This document shows positions 30,276 through 40,230 of a DNA stretch of 64,000 nucleotides, piece after piece. The position numbers were made by a program, and so were the translations under genes. The DNA comes from a virus: positions 31,728 through 95,727 of IMG/VR virus record IMGVR_UViG_3300027996_000011; one strand, written 5' to 3'. The notes beneath the pieces were generated by a model. It worked only from the letters and a program-made list of their open reading frames with translations. It was not told where the DNA came from and did not search any database. Every line of letters begins with the position of its first letter. Within the stretch, counting starts at the first letter, position 1.

Positions 30276-31751
30276 TTATTTAATTTTAGACATTAAGTCT
30301 TTCATCCTACTAAATTGTGGATTTTCGTAAACTTTTGATTCTAACAGTTTACCTCCACTAGTAGGAGTCTTAGTAATTTTCTTTTCCACTGACTCAGCAA
30401 TTGTTTTTGTAGGTTTAACTACTTCCTGAGTTAGTTCTTCTTTGATTACCTTGTACAAATCTTTAGAACCTTTTAATGAATTAACTCCATCAAAACGTCT
30501 TAAAACTTTGATTTTTTCCTGCTTGGTAGTTGAATGTTCTGTAAATAGACGTGTTACGTAAGCTAAATTTGAATTAAACACACCTACTTCATTCAGTTTA
30601 TCTTTAAAAGTTGTTAATGCTTTCTTATAATCAGAATTTTTAACTTTTAAAGTTTCTACCTCTTCTTTAAGAAGATTGTAGGACTTTCTAATACGACTTT
30701 CACCTAGGTTACGATTTGGTGTAATAGCTTTTCTAATACCAGAAGGTTTATGTTTACCACCAGACTCTCTTCCCAACCCTAAAGTTCTTGAAGCTTCTGT
30801 TGTATCATACTTTCTAGTACCTCTTGCCATTCTTGCTCTGGTTTTTAAAGACATTTTATCGTCTTCATGACCATGTTCTCCACCTAACATATCAGCCTCT
30901 CTATCCAAGTAACCTTGGTTAGAGTGTCCTTTATGGTTTTTGAGTCCATAGTCACCTTCTTCCATTTCGTGTTCACCTTCTCCCATTTCATCTTCAGGAC
31001 CTAAATCCATATCAGACTCTTCCCCCATTCTTTGTTTATTAATATCCGAATCTACACCGACTACTTCTGAATCACTACCGTCAAAGTCATCTCTGTCTTC
31101 GTGGTCTTCTTCTTCATAGTCTTCAGACAATTCAATTTCATAAACAACATCATCCATTTCGTCCATTTCTTTGTAACCTTCGTCCATGTTATCCATTTCC
31201 TCCATGTCCATTTCGTCCATTTTGTCCATTTCTTCCATGTCCATTTCGTCCATGTCCATTTCCTTAATTGATTTTTTCATTGTTTTTGATTTTTTTTCTT
31301 CGTCTAGTTTAATGATGTATTCAGTGTCTGTAGTAGTATCAGTCAACTCAATTTCTTCATCATCTTTTTGGATAATGATTCCATCTTCGTCTCCCATTGC
31401 TTTAAATACTTTTAACACTTCTTCATCGGATGCTAATGTTAAGTCTAGAGGTGGCAGTTCAGGTAACTCTACGTCGTCTGTCTCGTCCTCAATATCAAGT
31501 TCCATACTATCTAACACATCTAAATCCATTTCAGGTTCATCACCTTCCATTTCATCATCAACATCGATAATATCAACTTCTTCTTCTTCTTCTTGCTCCT
31601 TAAGGTAATCGTCTTCGTTTAACGATTCTTTTACTAATTCTTGAATTTCTTCCTTCATAGTTGAAGAAAGTATTTCTTTTGCATTAGACTTCATAGTTTC
31701 TTCCAACTGTTCCGCCTCGAGCAACGCTTTTTCTAAAATTGATTCACTCAC
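30276..31751 (-). CDS. Prohead core/scaffold protein (gp22-like)
   Basis: Between protease and capsid genes; very acidic coiled coil with many (I/L)-x-E sites; likely GTG start at 31751 (MSESILEKALLEA). Confidence 0.8.
   Translation of the reverse strand: MSESILEKALLEAEQLEETMKSNAKEILSSTMKEEIQELVKESLNEDDYLKEQEEEEEVDIIDVDDEMEGDEPEMDLDVLDSMELDIEDETDDVELPELPPLDLTLASDEEVLKVFKAMGDEDGIIIQKDDEEIELTDTTTDTEYIIKLDEEKKSKTMKKSIKEMDMDEMDMEEMDKMDEMDMEEMDNMDEGYKEMDEMDDVVYEIELSEDYEEEDHEDRDDFDGSDSEVVGVDSDINKQRMGEESDMDLGPEDEMGEGEHEMEEGDYGLKNHKGHSNQGYLDREADMLGGEHGHEDDKMSLKTRARMARGTRKYDTTEASRTLGLGRESGGKHKPSGIRKAITPNRNLGESRIRKSYNLLKEEVETLKVKNSDYKKALTTFKDKLNEVGVFNSNLAYVTRLFTEHSTTKQEKIKVLRRFDGVNSLKGSKDLYKVIKEELTQEVVKPTKTIAESVEKKITKTPTSGGKLLESKVYENPQFSRMKDLMSKIK
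31150..31265 (-). repeat. Coding tandem repeat (MDEMDMEEMD[K/N]) in scaffold
   Basis: Repeated tccat/gtccatttc units; 33-nt unit present twice plus partial copies. Confidence 0.8.
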
Positions 31752-31814
31752 GTTTTTTTTATTTTTTTTAAAAAGTTTATTATCAAAAAGCCACAAGCAT
31801 AAATGCGGTTTTAT

Positions 31815-31822
31815 TATAAATA
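31815..31822 (-). promoter_or_regulatory. Putative late promoter TATTTATA (scaffold/capsid)
   Basis: Sense-strand TATTTATA upstream of scaffold. Confidence 0.65.
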
Positions 31823-31869
31823 TAATAGTATTGTAAAAAAACCCAATTTAAATGGCTTTAGTGATAGAT

Positions 31870-32568
31870 TTATCTATTTAAGAAATTGTCCAACTTAGAC
31901 ATCATAGATAAAGATTTATTTAATTTTTGTTCTGGAGCTTTAGAAGATTCCAAAACTTCACCAGTTTCATCTACGCTATCTGGTGATTCTGTCTCTTGGA
32001 ATAGGTAAGAGCCTGGTGTTGAGGGGGATGATACTAAGTCAAAACAAATTAACTCAAAGTCTTCTTGGACTTGGTTGTAGTCTCCGTTTTTTGTTAGTGA
32101 ACCAACACCTCTAGAAGATATACCTAGAGTAACACCCTGCCTTAATAAATTAGCTGCTTGGTCACCAACACATGAAATAACCCCTTCTTTAATATATCCT
32201 GGTGATGTAAGTAGCTTAAGTTTACCAATTAATCTATTTCCATCCCACCAAGTTTCTGTGATTATATGAGAAGCTCTATCTAAGTCTATTAAAGATGATT
32301 CTGGATGATTAAGTTCAGATATCGCACCACCTTTTTTTATTACTTCTTGGTATCTTTCGTTTTCTCTTCTTAGTATTTGTTCTGGATATATTCTTCCGTT
32401 CCTGTTTGGGGTGTCGTATTTTTGTAAAATAGCTAACATATAAATCTCCCCACCGAAATCAGCATTTTTCATTTCTGAAATAATAGCTTTATTTTCGTCT
32501 GGTGATATGTACCCATCATGTTCTACTAAAATACCATGACCACTTTCTTTGGCTTCTAAAACTCTCAT
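31870..32568 (-). CDS. Prohead protease (T4 gp21-like)
   Basis: NRNGRIYP, SELNHP, SH.I, GISSRGVGS, FDLVSSPS. Confidence 0.95.
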   Translation of the reverse strand: MRVLEAKESGHGILVEHDGYISPDENKAIISEMKNADFGGEIYMLAILQKYDTPNRNGRIYPEQILRRENERYQEVIKKGGAISELNHPESSLIDLDRASHIITETWWDGNRLIGKLKLLTSPGYIKEGVISCVGDQAANLLRQGVTLGISSRGVGSLTKNGDYNQVQEDFELICFDLVSSPSTPGSYLFQETESPDSVDETGEVLESSKAPEQKLNKSLSMMSKLDNFLNR

Positions 32569-32581
32569 AAATTACTTTTAT

Positions 32582-32589
32582 TATAAATA
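32582..32589 (-). promoter_or_regulatory. Putative late promoter TATTTATA (protease)
   Basis: 13 nt before ATG32568. Confidence 0.65.
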
Positions 32590-32617
32590 TGATGCTATCT
32601 AAAAAAACCTTAGTGTT

Positions 32618-33055
32618 CTATTTTTTAGAACTATGAAATTTAAATATTTTTGATGTTAGGAAGGACTCTTCTATAACTTTATTGGTTATTTGGTGTATTG
32701 GTTCTGATAATTCTATAGATTTCATATCTATTTTTTGTTTTGGTTGTAGGAATAAGGTTATTTCACATCTAATAAAACTTCTTTTACCTTTTCTTATACC
32801 ACTAGCTCGTAAATCTAAGTCTATTATAGATATATCTTTAAACATAGAACTTTTTATGTTACCATGTACCGTAGTCTTTATTCTACTTTTAAATTTTTTT
32901 ACTCGTCTATTCCAGTTTTCATGGTCTTCATTTGGTTCTGCCCATGTTGATAGATTTATAAATAATGATTTTAGTGAACTAACATCTACAGTACCGTATG
33001 ATGTCCTAAATAACTTTGAAACTTGTGTTTTTACTTCCCTTCCTTGTTTTAACAT
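32618..33055 (-). CDS. Basic hypothetical protein
   Basis: 145-aa ORF within head module. Confidence 0.7.
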   Translation of the reverse strand: MLKQGREVKTQVSKLFRTSYGTVDVSSLKSLFINLSTWAEPNEDHENWNRRVKKFKSRIKTTVHGNIKSSMFKDISIIDLDLRASGIRKGKRSFIRCEITLFLQPKQKIDMKSIELSEPIHQITNKVIEESFLTSKIFKFHSSKK

Positions 33056-33096
33056 ATTAAATATTTTGTATAATAAAATATAAAAAATGTAGAAAC

Positions 33097-33840
33097 TTAC
33101 TTCAAGTCCTCTAACAAGCCCCTAACCCTGATATAAGATTTTTTGCTGTTTTTTAATGACTTAATTTCGTTTTTTACTTGTACTAACTTTCCGGAAAGTG
33201 ACTCATCTTGGGATTCTTTAATTAGGGAATTAATTCTATTTAAGGAAATATCTTTAATATTTTTAAATTCTGTTTCTAGTGTTTCCTCTGTCATAAGTAG
33301 AGTGTTTTTAAGAATTTCTTGTTCACCCTCTGAAAGTTGTTTACCATATACTTCACTGTAATTTTTACTTAATACGTGTGAAAGTATTTTAGGGTTATTA
33401 ATTTTACTTATAACTTTTTTTCTTTCTGTTATTAGGTGAGTTGTTAGTTTTTGTTTTGCTTCTGTAACAACATCTAATTTAGTAACGTCTTGGTTAAAAA
33501 CTACATCATCAATATTTTCATATATAGAATTTTTTCTTTCTATACAAAGTTCTTTTCTATCCTCTATTATTTTATCTAGTATTGGTTTTACTTTTTTTAA
33601 TTCACCCTTTCTATCTTTTAGGTAATTAAATGCTTCATTAAGATATGATGTACTTTTTTCTTTATTTGTGATAGTTTTACTTTCTATTTCGTTATATAAC
33701 GTAAAAAATTCTCTAAGAACTTTAGAGTATTTCATTGTACCCATTATAATCGACAGATTTTTTTTAAATTTATTACTATCTTTAAAAGAATTTTCTAATA
33801 TAGAATCTATACTATTTTTGTAGTGTGAGAAGTTTTTCAT
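33097..33840 (-). CDS. Hypothetical head-assembly protein
   Basis: Helical 247 aa directly after portal (position of T4 gp67/gp68); late motif upstream. Confidence 0.6.
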   Translation of the reverse strand: MKNFSHYKNSIDSILENSFKDSNKFKKNLSIIMGTMKYSKVLREFFTLYNEIESKTITNKEKSTSYLNEAFNYLKDRKGELKKVKPILDKIIEDRKELCIERKNSIYENIDDVVFNQDVTKLDVVTEAKQKLTTHLITERKKVISKINNPKILSHVLSKNYSEVYGKQLSEGEQEILKNTLLMTEETLETEFKNIKDISLNRINSLIKESQDESLSGKLVQVKNEIKSLKNSKKSYIRVRGLLEDLK

Positions 33841-33865
33841 AAAGTTACTTTTATAATAAATATAC

Positions 33866-35701
33866 TTAATCCTTTAATAATGTGTCAACCTCATCATTAA
33901 TACTATCAATATTATTTTTTGTTCTATTAAATAACTCATCTAAACCATCTTTAGATAACCCTCTACCTTCTAAAATTAAAGGTAGTTCAGAGTCAACATT
34001 AAAACCTTCAGCAGCCGCTACAGGGTCGGTTATCTCTTCACCAGCACCAGGAGCTTCAGTTTCTGAGTCACCCATATCAAAATTAGCGTCTTCTTCACTT
34101 CCCATATCTAATCCTGGTTCCTCACCTTCTGAATCAGTAGTATTTGTTACGGTCGGTGGTTCTCCATATAGTTTATCAACAGTATTAAATAACCCAGTCT
34201 TTTTAATTACATCACCCGTACTTTCTAATTCTGTAGATACTGCTTTTTCAAATCTTTGTTGTTGTAAGTCTAATTTAATTTCTTCATCACTCATACCTAA
34301 AATAAACTTTTTTGCCCATGTAGCTGAAACTGGTGCTATACCACTTCCTGGGTCACCCACAGCATCTTTATATAATGTTATTTTAGTTTGCCATTGTTCT
34401 AGTTTTAGTAGTTCTGATTGGGTTGATGGGTTAGTTAGACCTAAGGAAAAGTTTTCTAGTTCATCCTCGAACCCTAAAACATATAAATGAATTATAGCTA
34501 TTTTATTTAACTCTTGGATGATAGCTTTCTGAATCCTATTTATGGTTCTTGCGAATCTAATATCTAAAAGAGCTAGATTTTTACCTTCACCCACCACCTC
34601 CTCAAAACCTAAAAACGCTTTTGGTATTCTAAGAGAAGCTAGTAATTTTTTTTGTATATATTCTATATCTGCAATTTCACTTAAATTTGTTGCTCCAGGT
34701 AAAGTTTCTATAGGACTTGGAGCTGCTTGGTCTCTTACTGGTATAAAATAATCTTGGTCCACAGCCATTTGATTCATTCTTAAGTCCACATTTCCATTTT
34801 GTGGGTCTACTACTGGGTCCCTTTTAAACTTATTGGCTACTTTACCAATATAAGCTTCGACATCTTTGTCATCCATATTACCAACAAAGACTTTAAAAAC
34901 TCTTCTTTCTGGAGCTCTAGATGTTCTATATACTAACATAGCATCCTCAGCTAACAACAACTGTTTCCATATTCTTCTAGCTTTTTCCAACATAGAGGTA
35001 CCATAAGGTAATCTTCTATCATCACCTAAAAGTCTAAAATGTGCTATCTCCCAAGAATTAAATGTTAAGTCTTTTTCTCTCCATTTAAATTCTACTTGGT
35101 GAGCTTTGGCATCACTATTATCCATTTGGTTTAAGTAACTATGACCTTCTGTTCTTTCCATTTCAATATTAGGTAGCTGGTTGCACCCTATAACTCCTTT
35201 TTCTGGGTCAATTTTTAAATAAACAAAATTATCTCCGTATTTACAAGCATTACGAATCCACATGATTAAATTTGTGTCAACGTCTAATATGTTATTAAAT
35301 AAATCACCTAGAATTGACTTTATTCTAGTGGATTCAGACTGTATAGATAAAATGTAACCTTTTTCTGACGGGGTTGTGGATTCTTCTGCATATATATCCA
35401 AAGCAGCAGATATTTCCGGTGTAAACTCCATGGACTCATAGTCATAATAAGAAGCTAATCTAGTTGGTTCGTAATAAATAGATTTAGTATATAGTTCATT
35501 ATCTATTTTTTGCCATTGACTTGATAGGTACATGGATTGTTGCATTTGCAACTTCTTCTCCTCATAGTCTTTTTTAGAATCAGTTTTTAGTATTTCTTGT
35601 GAACCAAGTTTAAATTTTTGGAATGTTGGTTCTTGAGCTGTAGGTCCAGCAGGACCAAATAATTTTCCTAGTCTTTGATATATTGTTAAGTTTTCTGCCA
35701 T
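33866..35701 (-). CDS. Portal protein (T4 gp20-like)
   Basis: Y..M...PEI..A.D....E, LLAEDAMLVYRTSRAPERRVF...VGN, DYFIP.R, IETLPG..NL, DIEY..KKL. Confidence 0.95.
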   Translation of the reverse strand: MAENLTIYQRLGKLFGPAGPTAQEPTFQKFKLGSQEILKTDSKKDYEEKKLQMQQSMYLSSQWQKIDNELYTKSIYYEPTRLASYYDYESMEFTPEISAALDIYAEESTTPSEKGYILSIQSESTRIKSILGDLFNNILDVDTNLIMWIRNACKYGDNFVYLKIDPEKGVIGCNQLPNIEMERTEGHSYLNQMDNSDAKAHQVEFKWREKDLTFNSWEIAHFRLLGDDRRLPYGTSMLEKARRIWKQLLLAEDAMLVYRTSRAPERRVFKVFVGNMDDKDVEAYIGKVANKFKRDPVVDPQNGNVDLRMNQMAVDQDYFIPVRDQAAPSPIETLPGATNLSEIADIEYIQKKLLASLRIPKAFLGFEEVVGEGKNLALLDIRFARTINRIQKAIIQELNKIAIIHLYVLGFEDELENFSLGLTNPSTQSELLKLEQWQTKITLYKDAVGDPGSGIAPVSATWAKKFILGMSDEEIKLDLQQQRFEKAVSTELESTGDVIKKTGLFNTVDKLYGEPPTVTNTTDSEGEEPGLDMGSEEDANFDMGDSETEAPGAGEEITDPVAAAEGFNVDSELPLILEGRGLSKDGLDELFNRTKNNIDSINDEVDTLLKD

Positions 35702-35725
35702 ATTGTTTAATAATACTGATTATTT

Positions 35726-35733
35726 TATAAATA
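35726..35733 (-). promoter_or_regulatory. Putative late promoter TATTTATA (portal)
   Basis: 24 nt before ATG35701. Confidence 0.65.
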
Positions 35734-35745
35734 GTAAATCATTTA

Positions 35746-37485
35746 CTATCGGATTTTACCGAATAGCCAAGCGTTCTGTTTATATTGTTCTTTAGTGTCT
35801 GAAGGTGTATTACCTGGTAATCCAAACATAGGTTTATTCTGTTGAGGTTTTCTATAGTCAGGTTCTTCGTTAGTAGAATTACTACTATTAATCCAACCGT
35901 CTAACATTGCTTTTGTCATACTGTCAGCTTTATGTAATTGACTAAAAGAGTTTTCACCAACATACAATGCCATGGCTATTGCCATAATTAAATCATCATG
36001 TTTACCTTTCATGTGATTTGGTTTTCCGTTTATATAGACAAATGTATACATCTCATTTAACAACCTTTTAGACCTTATTACAAATTTATGTCTAAGAGCC
36101 TCCTCAAAGGCTGCTATTATCTGAGTTCTTTTATTATTAAAGGCTAATCCAGGTGTTTTAGTACCTTCGTTTGGGTTATACTTCCATTTATCTGCCGTAT
36201 TCATACCCTCCACATATAAATCTTTATATCCTAATTCTTGTAATTTTCTAGATGTCGCTACACCCATACCCCCTGTTATATCAGTAACTACATAGGCATT
36301 ATACATACTTCCCCATTTATACACTATATCAGCGGCTAAATCTGGTGGAATTTTACCTAGATATTCAGCTACTTGACATCTAGAGTCAAAATCTATAATT
36401 ATTATAGATGTAAAATCTTCCGAATCACCCCTACTTACATCACACCCCAGAATATAACGATGACCCTCTATTGGCTTTTCCCAAATCCACATTTGGTTAC
36501 CCACAAACATTTCTTCAGGGTCCCTAATATCTTCATGTTTTATTTTTTCAATAGTTTCTACAGGTATAACGTTATCCCCCGAACCTAAAAAAGCACTTTC
36601 TAACTCTTGTGATATTTTTCTTCTATCATACTTAAGTTTTTTAACCATACTCTCAAACCAAGAAGAACAAGGTTTATAACCATCCCTAGATAATTCTTCA
36701 AATTTACTTAATTCTTTTTCATATAAAAACCCATCTTCATCATAATCCTCCCTATTTAATAAAAAATGTACAATATCTTTAGTCTTAACCCAAAAAATAT
36801 CTTTTGTAAATCTGGGGTCGTTTTGCCAATGAAGTTCTGAAATATGAAAACTATTTAAACCTTTTATAGATTGTTCGTATATTTCATAATAAATCTTATC
36901 GTACCCATTTGGTGTTGATATTACTATTACTTTACCTCCTGTAGATAATGATGCCATACATGCAGCCCAAAAATCGTCTCCCGCTTCTATGTATGCGGCC
37001 TCGTCAAATATTAATGTTGTTGGTGTAAACCCTCTAAGTGCATCTACGGAAGTAGCCACAGCTTTTACTTCACTACCATTATTTAATTTAAAATGCTTTT
37101 GTGAATCTTTTTCTTTTGAGAACCCAACGTTAATCCAATCAGGCCACTGATTTATAAAACCTCTAACTTTATTAGCGAATTCTGACGCGGTGTCCAGTTT
37201 GTTCGCAATTATAAGAATTTTTTCTGGTTTATTTTTAGAAGCGAATTGTAATTTTTTTGATACCCAAGCTGCAGTTGCTGTGGAAACACCCGCCTGTCTA
37301 TACTTTTTTGTGATGTTATCGTTATATACCTCAAAATTCCTTAACATCATCTTTTGTTCTGGAAACAAAATAAATGGTACGTACTTAGATTGGGTATTGT
37401 CGTAAGTTTCTAAATAGGTTTCAATAGCGTAATTTGTGTCTTGTAAGCACCTAGCATAGTCCTTTATTAAATCTTCTTTATTCAT
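35746..37485 (-). CDS. terL: Terminase large subunit (T4 gp17-like)
   Basis: KYRQAGVST (Walker A), IFDEAA (Walker B), ISTPNG, GCDVSRG..ED, HDDLIMA nuclease motifs. Confidence 0.95.
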   Translation of the reverse strand: MNKEDLIKDYARCLQDTNYAIETYLETYDNTQSKYVPFILFPEQKMMLRNFEVYNDNITKKYRQAGVSTATAAWVSKKLQFASKNKPEKILIIANKLDTASEFANKVRGFINQWPDWINVGFSKEKDSQKHFKLNNGSEVKAVATSVDALRGFTPTTLIFDEAAYIEAGDDFWAACMASLSTGGKVIVISTPNGYDKIYYEIYEQSIKGLNSFHISELHWQNDPRFTKDIFWVKTKDIVHFLLNREDYDEDGFLYEKELSKFEELSRDGYKPCSSWFESMVKKLKYDRRKISQELESAFLGSGDNVIPVETIEKIKHEDIRDPEEMFVGNQMWIWEKPIEGHRYILGCDVSRGDSEDFTSIIIIDFDSRCQVAEYLGKIPPDLAADIVYKWGSMYNAYVVTDITGGMGVATSRKLQELGYKDLYVEGMNTADKWKYNPNEGTKTPGLAFNNKRTQIIAAFEEALRHKFVIRSKRLLNEMYTFVYINGKPNHMKGKHDDLIMAIAMALYVGENSFSQLHKADSMTKAMLDGWINSSNSTNEEPDYRKPQQNKPMFGLPGNTPSDTKEQYKQNAWLFGKIR

Positions 37486-37489
37486 ACGC

Positions 37490-37497
37490 TATAAATA
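37490..37497 (-). promoter_or_regulatory. Putative late promoter TATTTATA (terminase)
   Basis: GATATTTATAGCGT-ATG. Confidence 0.65.
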
Positions 37498-37516
37498 TCG
37501 GAAAAATATTAACCTT

Positions 37517-38845
37517 TTACAAGTTATATAAAAAGTCTTTTTCTGCTTTTGTTAAAGAGCCCATTCCACTCTTATTAATCTTGTCTAGAATTGTGTCCAT
37601 ATCTAGTTCTGGTTCTGTTTGAGTTGTAGTGTCGTCTGATGTGTCTGGTGTTTGGGTTATTTCACCACTAGCGTCTTCGTAATCTTCTTGCTTTAATTGG
37701 TTTACTATGCCGTCAATCATTTTCTTAACTTGGTTTTTACCTTCCTGACTACCCGATAGTATTTCTTTAGCTAATTTAAGGAATTCTTCAGCTTCTAAAC
37801 TTACAAATTTAAAATAAAAATAATTTTTAATTCTTTTTTGTTCATCAGTGTTAAAAAAGTCTTCTGGATATACCTCTAAAAATTTTTCCCAAATTACTGG
37901 TCCTAATCGTAAATCCCAAATTTCAGCTGGTAAAGTATCCTCCATACCAATTACTTCTTGAGCCATGTCTGGGTCAGATGGTAGTCCGTGAGCAGAAACA
38001 TACTCCATAACACCTTTATATAATTCATGCACTAATATAGGAAACATTAATCCCTTTGCTTTAATTGTAGGTGGGTCTGTTTCTAAGTCTAATTCTTCTT
38101 TTCCAGCCATAGCTTGTTCTGCACCACCCCCACCAATCATACCTTCCATATCTGGCATTACCCAATACATTAAATCGTTAACTGACATTACTATAGAGTA
38201 TAACCCAACTAAATCTGGGTTTATATCATTTAATCTTTCATTTACTAAGTGGTACATGTAGTGAGCTTTTTTTGCTGACCCCTGTATTAAAGAATTTATA
38301 AATCTTCTTTTTTGTTTTTCTAAATCTAATTTTTGTAACCTTTTAGCAGCTTCATCCTCCATTTCAAAATTAGGAAATTCAAGCTCCTTCTTTTTCTTTT
38401 TTTCTTTAGGTTTTTGTTGCATTCCCGACATATTAGGTTTTTCCAGTTTTGCGTCAAACTGTAAATCACCTTCAGGTATACCCATTTCACCAACAACCAA
38501 CTCTACTGCGAGATTTTCTAAAACTTCTTTATTTTGTGATTCTATTTGTAATATTCTTTGAGCTGCTTGCATTAACATTGGTTGTAGAGACATGAAAGTT
38601 TGTGGGTCTATATTTTCTACCCCTGTCGCATCTTTTACTTTTTGTACAACATCTTGAAATCTTTGGGATGCTATTAACTCTTCGAAATTGTCTGGAATCC
38701 CATCTTTATCTACGTCTGGGAAAGCTTGATGCTTACCTAAAGGATGGTCTTGTGATTTTAATTTTGATTCTATGTCTGGTGACATTCTTTCTCTACCATC
38801 ACCATAATCAATCGGAGGTGCCTCATTTAACTTTTTCTTATCCAT
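37517..38845 (-). CDS. Hypothetical protein with C-terminal DUF6576-like helical motif
   Basis: C-terminus DTILDKINKSGMGSLTKAEKDFL; N-terminal KKLNE-A processing-like site. Confidence 0.6.
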   Translation of the reverse strand: MDKKKLNEAPPIDYGDGRERMSPDIESKLKSQDHPLGKHQAFPDVDKDGIPDNFEELIASQRFQDVVQKVKDATGVENIDPQTFMSLQPMLMQAAQRILQIESQNKEVLENLAVELVVGEMGIPEGDLQFDAKLEKPNMSGMQQKPKEKKKKKELEFPNFEMEDEAAKRLQKLDLEKQKRRFINSLIQGSAKKAHYMYHLVNERLNDINPDLVGLYSIVMSVNDLMYWVMPDMEGMIGGGGAEQAMAGKEELDLETDPPTIKAKGLMFPILVHELYKGVMEYVSAHGLPSDPDMAQEVIGMEDTLPAEIWDLRLGPVIWEKFLEVYPEDFFNTDEQKRIKNYFYFKFVSLEAEEFLKLAKEILSGSQEGKNQVKKMIDGIVNQLKQEDYEDASGEITQTPDTSDDTTTQTEPELDMDTILDKINKSGMGSLTKAEKDFLYNL

Positions 38846-39833
38846 GTTGTGTTAATGCTTTACCTAGGTTAGTTGATGTTAACCAATCTGGTAATGAAGA
38901 TTTATTACCTTTAGCTTTTGGGTTTGGTTTTGTTTTTGGTTTTTGGAATGGGCCTCTTCTTTTTTTCTCTCCTGGTCTAGATGGTGCAATAGTAGGTGTT
39001 TTTAGTGGTGCTGGTGCAGTAGTTGCTTCTGGAGCTCCTATATATTCACCTTCATTATCTCTGTCGGTTTCATTTAAATCTATTTCACCAAGACCAAGAC
39101 CATTTAATTTTATATTACCTGAAGGACAAATATTTAAATCTATAACGTTATTATCCCCTTTTAAATATCCGTTAATGTGTCCGTCATCATCAAAACCGTC
39201 TACCTCAACACTCATAGGTGGGTCCATTTCTTCACCTATTTCTACCATAGTAGTAAATGATTCGTTTTGGTCTTCAGTTCCTACTATTTTTGATTTTTTA
39301 ATATTTGTTGATAAATTTTCTTTTATAGTTTTTATAAAGTTTTTTTTGGATATCTCCGGGTTTTCGTTAGCCTCAACTAGTGACATAACCCAATCTTCCA
39401 ATATCTTAGACTCGTCTACTTTTTCTGGTAAGTTTTCATAGTCTTCTGGTGTCATCTTTGACCCTAATTTTTCAGCAGCAGCAGGATTTACAGCGTATAG
39501 ATATTTTTGTTGTGCTTTACTAGCAAATTTTTCATCTATTTCCTTCTCCCTCAATAAAGGGGTACCGTCAATATCTACATCTGGATTTCCAGTCTTATCC
39601 GTTTCAATATCTAATTCTTCCTCCGTTTCATACTCCTCTAATTCTGCAGCTTTTGCCATATATAAAGTAGCTAATTCTTTTTCTTTACTTTTAATATCCT
39701 TGTCAGATACTTGCTCTTTAAAAATTTTATTATTTAATTGTTGTAGCTGTTGGTTGGAAAATAAAGATAGGGTTCTATGTGTGAACCCTTCATTTAAAAA
39801 CTTATCTATTAAATTTTTTCTAGTTTGTGGCAT
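38838..39833 (-). CDS. Hypothetical head/core-type protein
   Basis: Multiple (I/L)-x-E sites, EKFASKAQQKY module, Pro/Lys-rich tail. Confidence 0.6.
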   Translation of the reverse strand: MPQTRKNLIDKFLNEGFTHRTLSLFSNQQLQQLNNKIFKEQVSDKDIKSKEKELATLYMAKAAELEEYETEEELDIETDKTGNPDVDIDGTPLLREKEIDEKFASKAQQKYLYAVNPAAAEKLGSKMTPEDYENLPEKVDESKILEDWVMSLVEANENPEISKKNFIKTIKENLSTNIKKSKIVGTEDQNESFTTMVEIGEEMDPPMSVEVDGFDDDGHINGYLKGDNNVIDLNICPSGNIKLNGLGLGEIDLNETDRDNEGEYIGAPEATTAPAPLKTPTIAPSRPGEKKRRGPFQKPKTKPNPKAKGNKSSLPDWLTSTNLGKALTQHG

Positions 39834-40230
39834 TTGTTAAAATTTTATCAAATTCTAATATTATATCTCTAGCATATAATTTGTCTTGGGTTTTTTTACC
39901 GTCTTCCCCAAAATGGAAAACTAATCTTTCTTCCTCATCATTTTCATAAGATTCTTCATAAGTTTCCCATCCTAACGCTACTACATTGTCTAAAGCATGT
40001 TCCATAGAAAAATAATCTGAATTTTGTACTAATTCTAACTTAATATTTTTTCCTTTTAACACACCCACTTTTTTTATAAATTGTATTTCTGGTGGACCTG
40101 GTTTACCGTGTGCCGGATTAGAGTCCCAATCCTCACCCCACATTTCTTCTAAACTGTCTCCAAAGATAAACTCATAAATGTTCTCATTTTTGTAATCTGG
40201 CCCAAGTTCATTTATAAATAAAAGTTTCAT
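39820..40230 (-). CDS. Hypothetical protein
   Basis: 136 aa, overlaps neighbours in operon. Confidence 0.7.
   Translation of the reverse strand: MKLLFINELGPDYKNENIYEFIFGDSLEEMWGEDWDSNPAHGKPGPPEIQFIKKVGVLKGKNIKLELVQNSDYFSMEHALDNVVALGWETYEESYENDEEERLVFHFGEDGKKTQDKLYARDIILEFDKILTNATN

Noticed and set aside
31786-31812. Hairpin in the scaffold leader (AAAAGCC...GGTTTT)
   Set aside because: Short imperfect stem, within chance for this base composition
38602-39441. 279-aa plus-strand ORF and similar Ser/Ile-rich antisense ORFs (31186, 33882, 40688, 43907 and others)
   Set aside because: Shadows of codon-biased acidic genes on the opposite strand; no motifs or start signals
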